The position numbers and the translations under genes were made by a program. Positions 28,100 to 41,791 of a DNA stretch of 64,000 bases are shown one piece after another. The DNA lies in assembly GCA_964016885.1 (NCBI GenBank), contig OZ024740.1, positions 437,348,001 through 437,412,000 of the forward strand, written 5' to 3'. The notes beneath the pieces are model-generated. The model ran no database searches and was not told the origin of the DNA. It was given only the letters and a program-made list of their open reading frames with translations. The stretch's first letter is position 1, and every line of letters starts with the position of its first letter. The DNA is from Eledone cirrhosa (lineage: Eukaryota).

Positions 28100-28720
28100 T
28101 ATCATCATCAACATTTTTCCATTTGATTTTCCATGCTATGTGTTAGGTCTTCTCCATCACAGCCTGCCCTCAACACCTTACACGCCATCACAGCCTGCCC
28201 TCAACACCTTACACGCCATCACAGCCTTCCCTCAACACCTTACACGCCATCACAGCCTTCCCTCAACACCTTACACTCCATCACGCCTTCCCTCAACACC
28301 TTACACTCCATCACAGCCTGCCCTCAACACCTTACACTCAATCACAGCCTGCCCTCAACACCTTATACTCCATCAACTCCCTTATGAGGTTCACCACTTT
28401 AAGGCCAATTGTAATCACTTCTGCCAAGGTCTTCCTTTGCTGTTTCTTCCTTCCACAGGAATTACTTGGCACTTCTTCTCCCAACAAACCACCTCCATAC
28501 ACACGTCCATACCAATGCTGTTTTCTCTCTCTTGCATACTGCGACTCATTCCTCTTATATGCATTTTTCTCTCAACTTTTTCATGCTTCATCATTTATGT
28601 ACATTAACATTAAATATCCAGCTGAGCATGCTCACTTCATTTCTCTCCAACTTCCTCCATATATCTCTTTGTTGTCAACACATATAGTGCTTCCCTCAAC
28701 TTTTTCTATCTCCTTTTTCT
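28100..28720 (-). mobile_element. Degenerate RTE 3' end containing a 31-bp minisatellite (28154-28375, ~7 units)
   Basis: RTE tail motif and eroded coding similarity; unit ccatcacagcctgccctcaacaccttacacg. Confidence 0.65.
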
Positions 28721-29679
28721 AGCTTTTATAGTTTCAGAGCAACCTCCCCCATGACTAATTAAGGTTACCTAGATAACAGAAACTATCAGGTATTTGTATG
28801 GTACCTTCTTAGGATTGGAAAGTGTTTACATCATTTGAGTACATCATATAATTCTATTACGTACACCTTTGCTGTATATTAAACAGGTCCACTTCCGTGA
28901 TGGGATCAGTCTTGTCTTCCATCATCGTCGTTTTAATGTCCACTTTCTCTGCTAGCAAGGGCTGGACAGGTACATACAGACCAAGTGGGTACTGAAGCAG
29001 AGCCACTGGTCTCTCAGGCAGGCCAGAGACTTGTGTCTCTCTTATGTATAGTTTAGACCAAGTGTACTGAAGCAGAGCCACTGGTCTCTCAGGCCAGGGA
29101 CCTGTGACTCTCTTATGTATAGTCAGTCTCTTTCTTACTTACTATAACTTTGGTCTTTGCTAAGTTTACTTTGACCCCTTTTGATTCTAAGAACTCAGTC
29201 ATCAGCATATAGAAACTCACAAGGTTAGCCAGTCTTTTAAACCTTTATGACCTGGAGAACTATAATATATAGGGAGAATTGAGCCTTCATGAATGTCTAC
29301 TTCCTCATTAAATTCCTCACCTCAGCTTTCTCTCTGATACAGGGAGAATGTATTAGATAATATATGTCCATGTTTCTATTGTCTTGAAGGGAACAATAAA
29401 AGGCTTCAGAGGTTCATCATGGAGACAATCTCATATAACTGGAGGCCCTTCATGGCACCAGTTATCTTAGTTAGCTTGTACAAAACTCAATCAGAGACAC
29501 ACAAAAATGTGTGAATATATATGTATTCTGTTACAATCATTGCACTACAACCATCATAAGGTCAGTGACTTCAAAGGTTTTAGTCAATTATATCAGCTCT
29601 AGTAGATATTTCACTATGATGCTTATTATACCTAGATCACTCTATTGATCCATTTAAAGAATACACACACACACACACC

Positions 29680-29925
29680 CTTGCAAGCATATAGACAGTA
29701 TGCTCCCACTGTAAAGTGGTCGTGTAGGTGCCATGGTAAAAAGCACCCAGTACTCACTGTAAATGAGGTTGGTGTTAGGAAGGGCATCCAGCTGTAAAAA
29801 TCAAGCCAAAATTAGTTCTGTATGAGCAAGACATGGTCTCCTGACCTGGCATTGCCCACAACAGGACAACTCATCTAACCCATGCTAGCATGGAAGAATG
29901 AACATAATACGGTGATGATGATGAT
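29680..29925 (+). mobile_element. RTE family C 3' UTR/tail fragment
   Basis: Matches the reverse complement of 62428-62740. Confidence 0.8.
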
Positions 29926-30758
29926 ATACATATGTATGTATACTATGAAGGAATACTTGCATAATGTTGAATGCTTTTGTTTATTGCATCACTGTCTTCT
30001 AATATCTCCCTAATTATCTGACACACATTTCAAACACTAACTTTATTATTTTAGCACTGAAAAACTTAAATCCTTATAATTCCAATTAGTTTTTAAACAT
30101 TAAAATATGGCAATATCTATGTAACTATTCCTTCAATATATCTCTTGAATTTTGTTTTTAATTCTTTCTATATTTTTTCACTTGTTTGTTTTTGTTTGGT
30201 TCTACCTGATGATTTTTTTTGCATATATAAAATATAATTAATTTTCTCGTTACATATTTCAGTCCAAGATTCTGTGTGATTATTTAGTCTATTTATTTTT
30301 TATTCATTTTAAATTCTTTTCAATGTTTCCTGTCCTTTGTAACACTTACCTATAGTCAACGAGAGATGTGGTGGTGGTGGTGGTGATAGAGAAAAAGCTG
30401 ATGATATATGATATATATGTTTAAAATGTGAAAAATGAACCTGCAATGGATATAAAAGCTGTGTGTTGCCTTAAGCAATGTCATCTTCCCATGATGCATA
30501 GCTTGTCTGATTTATTGTAGAATATCTCACTTACAAGAGACTCTTGAGAAATCCAAATTTGCCTCTGGATATTTATCTTTAAACTTTGGTCCTACAAGCC
30601 AAGAGTCTTTGTTGGAAATTGATTTTCAACATTCACCTTAATTCTTCTTCTTAATGTCATTTATGTTCCGTTAACAATGGAGGAGAAATTGTACTTATCT
30701 ACCTGCCATCATTATTTAGGTTTTATGTTATTATTTTATATATTTATTAATCTATTAT

Positions 30759-30796
<38 letters not shown>

Positions 30797-31127
30797 AACA
30801 TGTTATTGAAAGAGGTCACAGCTGACTGATTCAATAAGTTTCCAGGCTACTAACCAAAGAGTCAACAATTAGTAAGCTATGTCTAGAATCAATACACTTA
30901 GGTTTCCACAGCCTCATGCAACTATCTGTAACATAACACCACTATATACTAACACCAATACTGTTATTATATCATTATACCACACAGCTGAATATTTAAT
31001 CCTCTCAATGAAGACTTCTTAGAGAGAGAGATAGTGTAGATTCTCTTGACCCTTTCCATACCTCTCATTCTATTATATTAATCTAACAATGTTAAAATGT
31101 TTATATCTAACCCTTAACCTTCCATAT

Positions 31128-31232
31128 CCCGCCAAGGTTAACTTTGCCTTTCATCCTTACGAGGTCGATAAAATAAAGTACCAGTAATGTACTGGGTAAT
31201 TGCTGGCCTTGTGCCGAAAGTAGAAACAATTA
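31128..31232 (+). mobile_element. MetaSINE-like SINE, 5'-truncated (other copies 59027-59133 on -, degenerate at ~27985, ~46345, ~50620)
   Basis: Same core and tail as 16444-16628. Confidence 0.85.
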
Positions 31233-31400
31233 TAATTTTAAGTTTCTTTGTCATCTTCCAGACATTATGTTAATAGAGAAAATGTTATTTTCAAAGTTTG
31301 TATGTGTGTGTGTGTGTATATATATATACACACACACACACAGTAATAAAAAAAATTAAGGAAATTCAATATATTTGGCCTCCTGTCATTTCACATTATA

Positions 31401-31450
<50 letters not shown>

Positions 31451-31465
31451 TATATATATATATAT

Positions 31466-31543
31466 ATCACCGAAGTTAAGCAAGGTCGAGCCTAGTTAGT
31501 ACTTAGATGGGTGACCGCTTGGGAACCCTAAGTGCTGCAAGCA
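31466..31543 (+). pseudogene. 5S rRNA-derived sequence (3' two-thirds)
   Basis: gaagttaagcaaggtcgagcctagttagtacttagatgggtgaccgcttgggaa...gtgctgcaagc aligns by eye to eukaryotic 5S, with A box, IE and C box. Confidence 0.9.
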
Positions 31544-31554
31544 TTTACTTTTGT

Positions 31555-31941
31555 GAAGGCGCATGGCTTAGTGGTTAGAACATTGGGATGCAATCAAAAG
31601 GTTGTGAGTTCAATACTCGGACCGGGTGATGTGTTGTTTCCTTGAGCAAGACACTTTATTTGACATTGCTCCAGTTTACTCAGCTGTAGAAATGAGATGA
31701 TAGGATTGCAAAGTGGTCGTGGAGGTGCCACGGCAAAAAAGCACCCAGCCCACACTGTAAAGTGGACGTGGATGTGCCACGGAAAAAAAGCACCCAGCAC
31801 TCACTGTAAATGAAGGGTATCAAGCCAGAATCAGTTCCTGTAAGAGCAAGACAAGGCCAGCCGACTGGACACTGCCCACAACAGGACAACCTGTCTAACC
31901 CATGCTAGCATGGAAGAACAGACGTAAAACAGTGATGATGA

Positions 31942-31943
<2 letters not shown>
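31555..31943 (+). mobile_element. tRNA-head SINE, Deu/Nin-like core, RTE-C-type tail
   Basis: A box tggcttagtgg and B box gagttcaatac; core as in 13625; tail matches 62428-62700. Confidence 0.85.
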
Positions 31944-31988
<45 letters not shown>

Positions 31989-32206
31989 GTGTGTGTGTAT
32001 TGCATATTATTGAGGCTAAAAAGTGAGTTGTTACTCTGGAGTTCCACCTGTTTATCACAGGGTCATTGTGTGTGTGTATTTATATAGATATAGATATATA
32101 TATATATGTAGGCATGTGTGTATATATATACACACAGGAGAATGTAATGATGATATTGATGTGGGTGATGGTATTTAGGTATTGATCTAACACCAGATTA
32201 TATCCT

Positions 32207-33672
32207 CATCATCGTTTTACAGTCCACTTTACAGTGTGGGCTGGGTGCTTTTTTGCCGTGGCACCTCCCACGATCACTTTGCAGTGGGAGGGTGTGGAGG
32301 CATATTGTCTATATGCTTCAGCTTCGGCTTGTTCCTTTGGGTGGGTCGGGTCTTCTGTATTACTGTGTGACGCCAGAGGTCACGTTCGTGTGTCATTGCT
32401 CTTGAGAGGTGCAATTGGGTACGGTCGGCCTTTATCGCCTCATCCCAGGTCTTCATGGGTCTCCCTACTCCGCGGCTTCCATCGACTTCTAGTGCTCTGC
32501 ACCTTTTTATGCAGCTGTCATCCTTTATCAGCATCACATATCCATACCAACGTAACCTCCTCTCCTGCACACAGCATTTGATTCCTCTGATGTTCAGTCT
32601 ATCTCTCAATTCGTTTATACTTTGCCGTTCGCGTATATTACTATTACACATCCATCGGAGCATGCAGGCTTCGTTTCTTTCTAATCTGCACAAGTCTTCT
32701 ACAGACAGCGCCCAGGTCTCACTACCATGTAACATTGCTGTTCGTATACACGTATCATAAAGTTTGCCTTTTATTTTGAGAGAGAAGCCTTTTGCAGCTA
32801 GCAGTGGCAGTAGTTCCCTGAACTTCCTCCATCCCGTTCTTACCCTAGTTATTGTACTTTCTGAACACCCACCTCCGCTGCTAATTCAGTCACCTAGGTA
32901 GCAGAAGCTGTCTACTGTTTCTACAGAGCCCTCCCAGAGTTTGGTGGTGCTTGTTTCCTGTGGTCGTTTGCTGCTTGCTGTCTCAGCGCAGCTGCTACAT
33001 ATGAAGCCTACATTTTTAGTTAAACTTCCTGAGATCCCACTACATCTCTTGTGTACCCATTGTTTGCATTTGGAGCAGAGGATGGAGTTTCTACCTACAC
33101 CTTTCCTACATACTGAGCAAGGCCATTTCCCTGAAGACATCTGGGGTCTGTTTTCTCGTCTACTTACAAGAACCTTAGTCTTTGTCAGGTTGACTTTGAG
33201 ACCCTTTCTTTCTAGTCCCTGCTTCCATGTTTGGAATTTCTTTAGTTTCACCGTGGATTCAACTATAAGTGCGAGATCAACCACATACAGGAGTTCCCAT
33301 GGGCATCCGTTCTTAAACTCCTCCGTTATTGCCTGCAAAACTATAATGAACAGGAGACGGCTAAGAACAGCGCCCTGGTGGACACCAACCTGTATGCTAA
33401 ATTCCTTGCTATATTCATTGCTGACTGCTCCTCTATACATGGCTTGTACAGCTTTCACAAGCCATTCATCTACTCCTAATTTTCTAAGAGCCCACCAGAT
33501 TATAGCACGGGGGACTCTGTCAAAGGCTTTTTCCAGATCGATGAATGCCAGGTAGAGTGGCTTACTTTTAGCTAGGTACTTTTCCTGTAAAAGAAGAGGG
33601 CATCAGTGCTGCCTTTTCCTGGTACAAACCCAAATTGCATCTTATCTAGTTTCACCCAGTCCCAAATCAACT
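32207..33672 (-). mobile_element. RTE family C, degenerate RT plus PHD finger fragment
   Basis: GVHQG, WELLYVVD, CSVC...HKRC, HGSETW motifs with frameshifts. Confidence 0.92.
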
Positions 33673-33705
33673 GTATATATATATAAAAATGTATGTGTAT
33701 ATATA

Positions 33706-35908
33706 TCATCTTCGTTTAACATCCATCTTCCACGCTAGAATGGGTTAGACAGGCGTTGTCCCACTTGAGGCAAGGTTGGGCGGGTGACCGTGTCTCACTC
33801 ATATAGGACTATCTGGCAGGTTTTCTACGGCTGGATGCCCTTCCTAACACCAACCACATTTACAGTGTGGAACTGGGAACTTTTTACCTACACGGCCACA
33901 TTACAGCGTGTACTGTATGTTTTTTGTTGTGACACCTACACGATCTCGATCTCATTCATTCATTCATTTCATTTTACGTCCACTTTTCCTTGCTTGCAAG
34001 GGTGGGACGGGAACTGATTCTGGCTTGATTTCTACAGCTGGATGCCCTTCCTAACACCAACCTCATTTACAGTGAGTGCTGGGTGCTTTTTTTGCCGTGG
34101 CACCTCCACGTCCACTTTGCAGTGGAATGATAGAGACTTCAGTCCCTATCATCTCATTTCTACAGCTGAGTAAACTGGAGCAATGTGAAATAAAGTGTCT
34201 TGCTCAAGGAAACAACACATCACCTGGTCTGAGAATTGAACTCACAACCTTTCGATTGCAAGGCCAATGCTCTAACCACTAAGCCATGTGCCTCCATTAT
34301 CTCATTTATTTGGACTGGATGTTGTAGTACCAACTTTACAGAGAAAGGGTGGTGTTGGTGGGAGGATGGAGTAGGGGTAGTGGGATGGGGGTGTATATTT
34401 GGTTAGGAGGTGCCTACTGACTGTAGGTTTCGCTTTGTACATAGGCAAGGCGGGTCTTCTGTATTACTGCATAGCGCCAAAGATCTCGGTCCAGTGACAT
34501 TGTCTTAGAGAGGTGCAAGTGTGTAAGGTCGGAATTTATCAGATCGCCCCAGGTTTTTCTGGGTCTACCTACTCCGTAACTACCATCAATTTTGATCGGC
34601 CTACACTTTTTTATACAGCTGTCGTCTTTCATGCGCATCACGTGACCATACCAACGTAGTCTTCTCTCAAGTAAACAGCATCCGATCCCTCTTCCTAATT
34701 TCTCACTTCATTTATGCTTTGCCGTTCACGTATATTACTATTACACATCCATCAGACATGCATGCTTCGTTCCTTTCCAGTCTGCGCAGGTCCTCTGCAC
34801 ATAATGCCCATGTCTCACTGCCATGTAGAATTGTTATTCGTATACAGGCATCATACAATCTGCCTTTCATTTTTAGAGAGAAACCTTTTGTGGCCAACAG
34901 CGGTATAAGTTCTCTGAACTTTTTCCATCGCGTTCTGACTCTGGCTACTGTACTTTCAGAGCACCCTCCACCACTGCTGATTTTGTCACCCAGGTAACGG
35001 AATGTGTCCACTATTTCTATAGAATCATCTGGGCAATAGAAGGGCTAGTATCCTGTGGACACTTGCTACTTATTGCACCTGAGCATTGGCCACATATAAA
35101 GTCTACATTCTTAGATAGTTTACCTGTGATCCCACTACATCTTTTATATACCCATACTTTACATTTGGGACATAAAATGGAATTCTGCCTACTCCTTTCC
35201 TACACACTGAACATGGTCATTTCCCTGAGGGCACCTGTGCCCTATTTTCCTTTCTACAAACTAGAACTTTAGTCTTAGACAAGTTAACTTTAAGGCCTTT
35301 TGATTCTAGGCCATGCTTCCATGTTTGGAATTTCTTCTCTAGTTCAGCCATTGATTCAGCTATGAGCGTTAGATCATCTGCATATAGGAGTTCCCTTGGG
35401 CAGCCGGTCTTGAACTCCTCTGTTATAGCCTGAAGGGCAATAATAAATAGGAGGGGGCTAAGAACAGAGCCTTGATGAACACCAACTTTTACACTAAATT
35501 CTTCACAATATTCATTGTTAATTCTAACCTTACTGACTGTTTCTTTATACATGGCTTGTATAGCTCTCACAAGCCATTCATCTACACCTAGTTTTCTAAG
35601 AGCCCACCAGATAATGGAGCAGGGGACTCTGTCAAAGGCTTTCTCCAGGTCTACAAAAGCTAAGTAGAGGGGTTTACTTTTAGCTAGGTACTTCTCCTGT
35701 AGTTGTCGTACAATGAAAAGAGCGTCTGTGGTACTTTTACCTGACACAAACCCAAACTGCATTTCATCTAGATCAATTTGATCTCTGATTAGTTGTGCTA
35801 TAACCTTTTCTGTGACCTTCATGACCTGGTCAACTAACTTAATGCCTCTATTGTTTCCCCTATCTAGAGCATCCCCGTTACCCTTGTAGCAGTTAATGAT
35901 GATGTTGC
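33706..35908 (-). mobile_element. RTE family A (older copy) with a SINE inserted in its 3' UTR
   Basis: QFGF, DLEKAFD, YADD motifs with frameshifts; UTR split at 33949-34306. Confidence 0.93.
33957..34298 (-). mobile_element. tRNA-head Deu/Nin-like SINE, RTE-B-type tail, 8-bp TSD
   Basis: atctcatt at 33949-33956 and 34299-34306; homologous to 13625-13937. Confidence 0.85.
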
Positions 35909-36245
35909 TATGCCAGTCCTTTGGTATGGCCCCATTCTGTATGACTTGGTTAACTATACGGGTGACTATATATATATATATATAATCTATGGCAAAGTTG
36001 CCAATGGAAAAAAAAGGGAATACATAAGACTAATGAACTAAAGCATCTACTTCATCAGCAGCCACCCCCTAGAACATTGAATTTTGTGCATAGGGGGAGG
36101 GGGGCATAATATTGAGCCCTTGTTGTCTGTGTGTGTGTGTGTGTTTATATATATATATACACACATACTCCTTGCTTGGAGGGAAAACAGACATTAAATG
36201 TTGATGATGTTGCATATCACAAACGTATATTTATATATTCATTTT

Positions 36246-36415
36246 ATGAAAATATTCAGGACCCTCATGGCTGAGCTCCGGCTGTTTCTACACCTCAATC
36301 CGGAGCTCAGCTGTTGAGGTCCTGAATCTTTTCATATTACCCACTCTACTACTCCAAGTATCAAGTACCCTGGTGGGTTATGGTCTACCTGGTTTTTATT
36401 CACACCCTATCTGAT
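36246..36415. repeat. Unclassified small repeat beginning with a 90-nt hairpin (related pieces at 14291, 26915, 60329)
   Basis: 36246-36281 pairs with 36300-36335; shared caggacccc..ggctgagctc and ccccaagtatcgagt motifs. Confidence 0.6.
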
Positions 36416-36493
36416 ATATTCATTTTATTAAGGCTAAAAAGTGAGTCTTTTTACTCTGGAGCTTCGCCTGTTTATCACACGGTCACACACACA

Positions 36494-36667
36494 TTCTACA
36501 GGACTAGAACTATTCAAAATAAATCATCAGGGCTTTCCTGATGATTCTTTTGAATGAAACAGTTCTAGTCCCATAGAAGGAATTACTATATTAAACTTGA
36601 TGTTTACACTCTATTAATGTATTGAGTACCTTACCAACTGTGATTAATCCCAGTTGAACCTGGGACT
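36494..36667 (+). mobile_element. Hammerhead-bearing repeat with an inverted partial copy at its 5' end
   Basis: 36494-36530 is the reverse complement of 36538-36578; same family as 21700-21825. Confidence 0.65.
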
Positions 36668-36919
36668 CATATATGTATATATATAATAGGAACATATTGG
36701 TCCAACAAACCAAAGATGTGGGTTTGTGTCCCATATACGTCAATACTCATTCTTTTTCCATTCAGAGGGTTTTTTAAAATCCCAACTAATAGACTAATTC
36801 TATTTAGTCAAATATGGCCTAAGCACATGTTACTACCTAATTTTAAAATGAGTTAGCTATTTCTAAATAAGGCCTGCTTTGTGTTTCCCTATATATATAT
36901 ACACATATATATATATATA

Positions 36920-37695
36920 TATCACGCGTTTTGACTTCTAACCAAAATCTCCATACATCCGTGTAACTTACCACTTTCAACCATCCTCTTACACCATCAC
37001 TTATATAACTCACCCACACACACACACCAAAACAATTTTTTTTATCCACACGCCACCCACACCCACAACACGCTTAAACCACACACACGTGCTTCCCACC
37101 ACATATTTACACCCTCAGCCCCCTGATTCCTCCCCCCCACCCCCCTATCCACACACGCACAGACCCTCCGACCCACAAAAACACCCCCCACACACACCTT
37201 CCTGAACATGCAACCCCGTTCTTCCCCCAACCCTCACTTTCACATACACACACACACACACACACACACGCACACCTAACCACACACCACCTTCAGCCCT
37301 CCCCGCTCGGACACCCCGTCTCCCTCTCCCCACTCCATCCGCCACCACCTCTATTCACCCCACACCCTTCCACCACCTGTTTACCCCCCTTTTAATTTCA
37401 GTTTATTTTGATCATGCCTTTATTTTTAAATTTTCTCATTCCTTGTATTTTGATCATGCTTTATTTTTATTTATTATTTATTATATTTTTGTCTTTATTT
37501 GTTAATTTTTCATTCGCACCGTTTCCTATCGCTATATGTCTCTCCACCACTCCCCTACACACCTTTTGAACTCTCACCTGAAGAAGGGCTTATGCCCGAA
37601 ACGTCGTCCCCCACCTACCCCCCACTCTCCTGAGCGTGAATTTAATAAACATTTATCGTACTGCCTCTCTGTTCTGTCCCTGTTCAATTTTTCAT
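36920..37695 (+). mobile_element. Penelope-like terminal repeat (C/CA-rich) with minimal hammerhead at 37576-37607
   Basis: CUGAAGA-a-gggc-uuau-gccc-GAAACGUC is the typical Penelope minimal hammerhead form; AATAAA at 37644. Confidence 0.65.
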
Positions 37696-38264
37696 TATAT
37701 ATATATATATATATATATACAAGTTAATATAAATTAATATATGATAAACACATAAGTGTTTGTATTGCAAAAGACGAAGTTAGCTAGAATGAAATAAACT
37801 AATTAAAATAAATATAGTTTGTCTGTCTCGATATAAATCAATAAAAACAAACCCATATTGGCAAAAACCGTGATTCCTGGACAAATTTAAATTTCAAAAT
37901 CCAAACCTGCTCCGTAGATGAATTTGAACTTCAAAACCTAAATGTTTCGCAACGATGGTATAAAAAGTGAAATATTCAAATCTTCTGTGCTTATCAACAG
38001 GAATCCAGAAAAATTAAGACATTTCACCTCCAAAAGATTTTGTAGGACTGGTTCACAAGTACAAACGCATATATATTGAATTTTGTATATATATAAATGC
38101 GTTTGAATTTTGTATATATATAAAGAAGCAAAGAAAATTTCAATATGGAAGATTTCCTGGTGGAAGTTCAGGTGTACTCTGGGCTGGTATCCAGTTTCAG
38201 GGTGAAAATCCAACAAATTTTGAGAGGTCCACATAAGCGTTGATATATATATATATATATATTT

Positions 38265-38400
38265 ATGTAAAAGGTAAACAGAAATAACAACACAATTGGT
38301 ACAGTATATGGAAGGGATATATTAGGTTAACGCTTGATATAGCAGGAAGAGGGTCTTAACATTTCGGACGCTAGTCCTTCATCAGAAGAAAGAATGAGAA
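38265..38400 (-). mobile_element. Penelope-like fragment with minimal hammerhead (38354-38390); decayed relatives at ~26196 and ~42302 (+)
   Basis: CUGAUGA-a-ggac-uagc-gucc-GAAAUGUUA. Confidence 0.6.
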
Positions 38401-39295
38401 ATAAGATAGCAATTAACATCCATCTTCCATATATATGGTATTTTTTAGTTTTTTAAATCTTATGAAAATATATATTATGAATTCCTCTTGATCTTAAACT
38501 TCTTCCAAATAATGACATGTATTTTTCCTCATTTAAATATTTTCTCTTATTTACTGAATTTTCTATACAACACATTTTCTGCATATCAAGTTATACACAC
38601 ACACACACATACCTATATTCAGTTATTTACACACACATATATACCTATAAACAAATACTAACTAGTCCTAATTAGTTAATTAACCTTTTGTAACCACTGC
38701 CCATACATGAACATGTTAGTTTGTAACCATAGTAATTGCAAAATCTGATATTAAAATATATCTGAAATGTAATTTAGTTATAATATTGAAATATCAGTCA
38801 GTTTCAAAATTTCATTTTCTTTGATAATAACATTTAAATATATTATTATTGTCATGCAATTTCTTCATAAATATATATTCTACTGTTGTAAATAGCTCAT
38901 ATTTATCGTGTGAGCATGTCTATGTGTCTCTGTCTGTGTGTGACTGTGTATCAACTCATTTGATATCAAACCACATGAAACTACCCCTGATGCTATATTT
39001 TAAAACACTCTCACTCTCTCTTATAAGTGTTTATATTTATCTTTAAAATCCCCATCATAATTTTATGTAAGAATCTTTGCTAAGTTTTGTTTCAGACATC
39101 AGCTTAATAATGTGAAACTTTGGTATATTACTAAATCCTTTCAAATACTTGATTATTTTCAATATATTTCAAGACCATATAGATGTGACTTTCATTAGAA
39201 ATTTGGTGGCAAAAGAGTTAGTTGTTAGTTGTATAATTCTTGTTATATTTTCTCTTCATTTCTTTCATTCCTAACAAAGGTGTAATTCTAAGACA

Positions 39296-39535
39296 TATAC
39301 TATTACTACTACTGCTACTACTACTGCTGCTGCTACTACTACTAATACTACTGCTATTAATACTACTGCTACTACTACTACTACTGCTGCTACTACTACT
39401 AATACTACTGCTATTAATACTACTGCTGCTGCTACTACTACTAATGCTATTACTACTACTACTGTTATTACTACTAATATTACTACTATTACTACTACTA
39501 CTATTATTACTATTACTACTGCTGCTGCTAGTACT
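39296..39535. repeat. (CTA/CTG)n trinucleotide repeat
   Basis: Directly visible; source of the poly-Leu ORF. Confidence 0.95.
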
Positions 39536-40444
39536 ATTTGGTACCTGTTTTATTCAATGGTCAGTAAAGATGACATCTAACAATAAATATACTTTTTCTA
39601 TCAATATGCAAATGTTTGCCATAGATTGAGAGATCTTTCTTGGTATGTTCCTTCCTGGCTGATGAGATCATTGTTATTGAGGCTTTTATGGGGACAGTTT
39701 CCCGAAAATATAGAGGATAAACAGGCTTTCTGATAGAAATAATCTTGTATGGTTGAACAAAACTACTTTTAAGTAGTGGGACTCTAAAACCTCAAAGGGA
39801 CCACGAGAATGCTTTGATATTCATCAGCCCTTCCTTCACTCTCTAGAGACCTTGGCTGATACACTAGTTGTAGCTCTCTGCACCCCCTTCTAAAAATGTG
39901 ATAGTAGAGATGAGAACATAAGAGAGAGTTTACCTGAAGTTTTGTTACAGGTGGTGTACAGCTCAATAATTCAAAAATACAGAAGCAGTTGTGGTTGCAA
40001 TAGGGGGAGGGGATTTTATATTTTTGAGATTTTTGTTTGTTGCCATATTTCTATAAAAACACTGCCTGTAATTTTAGAATAATTTTGAAAATAATCAAGA
40101 ATTTAGAAAGATATATTTGTGTAACTATCTTTCATATTATTAAGTAAGTGTTAGGAACATAACTTAACAAAGGTTCTTATATAAAATTATGTTGGATGGT
40201 TTTTAAATATATAAACACTTTAGAACAGTTTTGTATCAAAGAATTTGGGACGTTTTCAGGGGGTTTGGCATAAAAAGGGTTAATCTATGGTAATTATTGC
40301 ATGGAATCATTTTCAGACTCGGATCTTGAACTTTCGTATCAGAACTTTCCAAAATTACGACATTGGTGACATCTTTTTAAAATAACATTTTATTTGTAAC
40401 ACATTAAGTTTTGTTAATAAAAGTAAACAATTAAATATTGCGTC

Positions 40445-40585
40445 ACAGGTCACATGTCACTGGTCGCATTTCACTGGATTATGTCACTGGTCACTGGTCG
40501 CATTTCACTGGATCATGTCACCGGTCACTGGTCGCATTTCACTGGATCATGTCACCGGTCGCATGTCACAGTCACATATCACTGG
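40445..40585. repeat. Short minisatellite (gtcactggtcgcatttcactggatcat variants)
   Basis: Directly visible. Confidence 0.85.
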
Positions 40586-41723
40586 TCTAATTATATATCT
40601 GGGATGTCAGATATCAGATATATACCCCAGTCAGATATTTGTAAAAGAGAATTTAGCAGAATTTGACATAATTTTGTGGAGATTATTGACACATGAATTA
40701 TCTCTAAGAGAGGCAGTTATTTCTCTTTAAAATATCTTCCAAACACAATAGTATATTAAATTCCAAACTAAGTCATTTAACTTTGTAATTATTCCCCCCA
40801 CCCTCTCTCTCACTCAATCTACACTTTCTTTATCCCCCCCCCCCTACCCCCCTCTCCCACTCCAACCCCCTCTCTCGCTCCCACCCCCCACTCCCCCTCT
40901 CTCCCGACTCACTCTCTCTCATCTATAAATCTCTTCCTCTTTTCTCTACTCTATTTCTTAGATATCAATTTTCTCTCTCTCTTGACAGTTTTTTATAATA
41001 TACATACATACAAATATATATTTTATATATACCACCACCACCATCATCATCATTATCATGTCTGCTTTACTATGCTGATATTGCTTGGATGAGACTTTTT
41101 TGTCAACCAGTATACTCTGGTTATTGCCTTTCCTCACATGAAATATGTATACATCTCTCTCTCTCTCGCAACAGCCAGTTCCAGATAAATATCATCATCA
41201 TTTTATGTCTGCTTTTTCCCTGCTTGCAAGGGTGGGATGACTCCTATATATTTATAGATAGATAATGAAAGTCACCAAATTTATTTTAGTGCCGCCCCTG
41301 TCATAGCTCACACACTCAATGAGATAACAAGCGTGCAGTTGATATGCTGTACGTTGCATAACAGTGGACTCTATTAGTTGGTGAGTTTTATGGCAGTGTT
41401 TAGATATTGGTTACACTGAACAATCCCCTGGACAGAATCCTGTTTCATTCTATAATATATATATATATTATATAATATGGTCCAGGTTTATTATTTAACC
41501 TGATTGTATTTTCGTTGTTGTGGTGGCTTCTGTGGCTTTGTCCCCTTAACCACAGCTTTCAATTTGTCATGCTATTTAACGTATGTTTATTATTCTAAGA
41601 TATAACTTATTGATTTATCGATATCTTCTTATTGGGTGCTTTGTGCAAAGCTCCGAATATTGTTTTCTTTCGTGGATGCCTGACCGAGCGCTGCCACCTC
41701 GATTTTACTAACTTCCATTCTTT

Positions 41724-41791
<68 letters not shown>

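Noticed and set aside
31466-31543. Functional 5S rRNA gene
   Set aside because: Lacks the first ~40 nt and is fused to a SINE
39240-39629. Poly-Leu membrane-like ORF (and the poly-His ORF at 49035-49283)
   Set aside because: Trinucleotide repeat translations
39657-39712. CTGATGA...GAAA hammerhead-like spacing
   Set aside because: No consistent stems I-III
39934-40065. Possible minus-strand exon (ttacag| ... cag|gtaaac), with similar donor-like sites near 21625, 30346 and 30530
   Set aside because: No open frame and no homology; such motifs are frequent by chance
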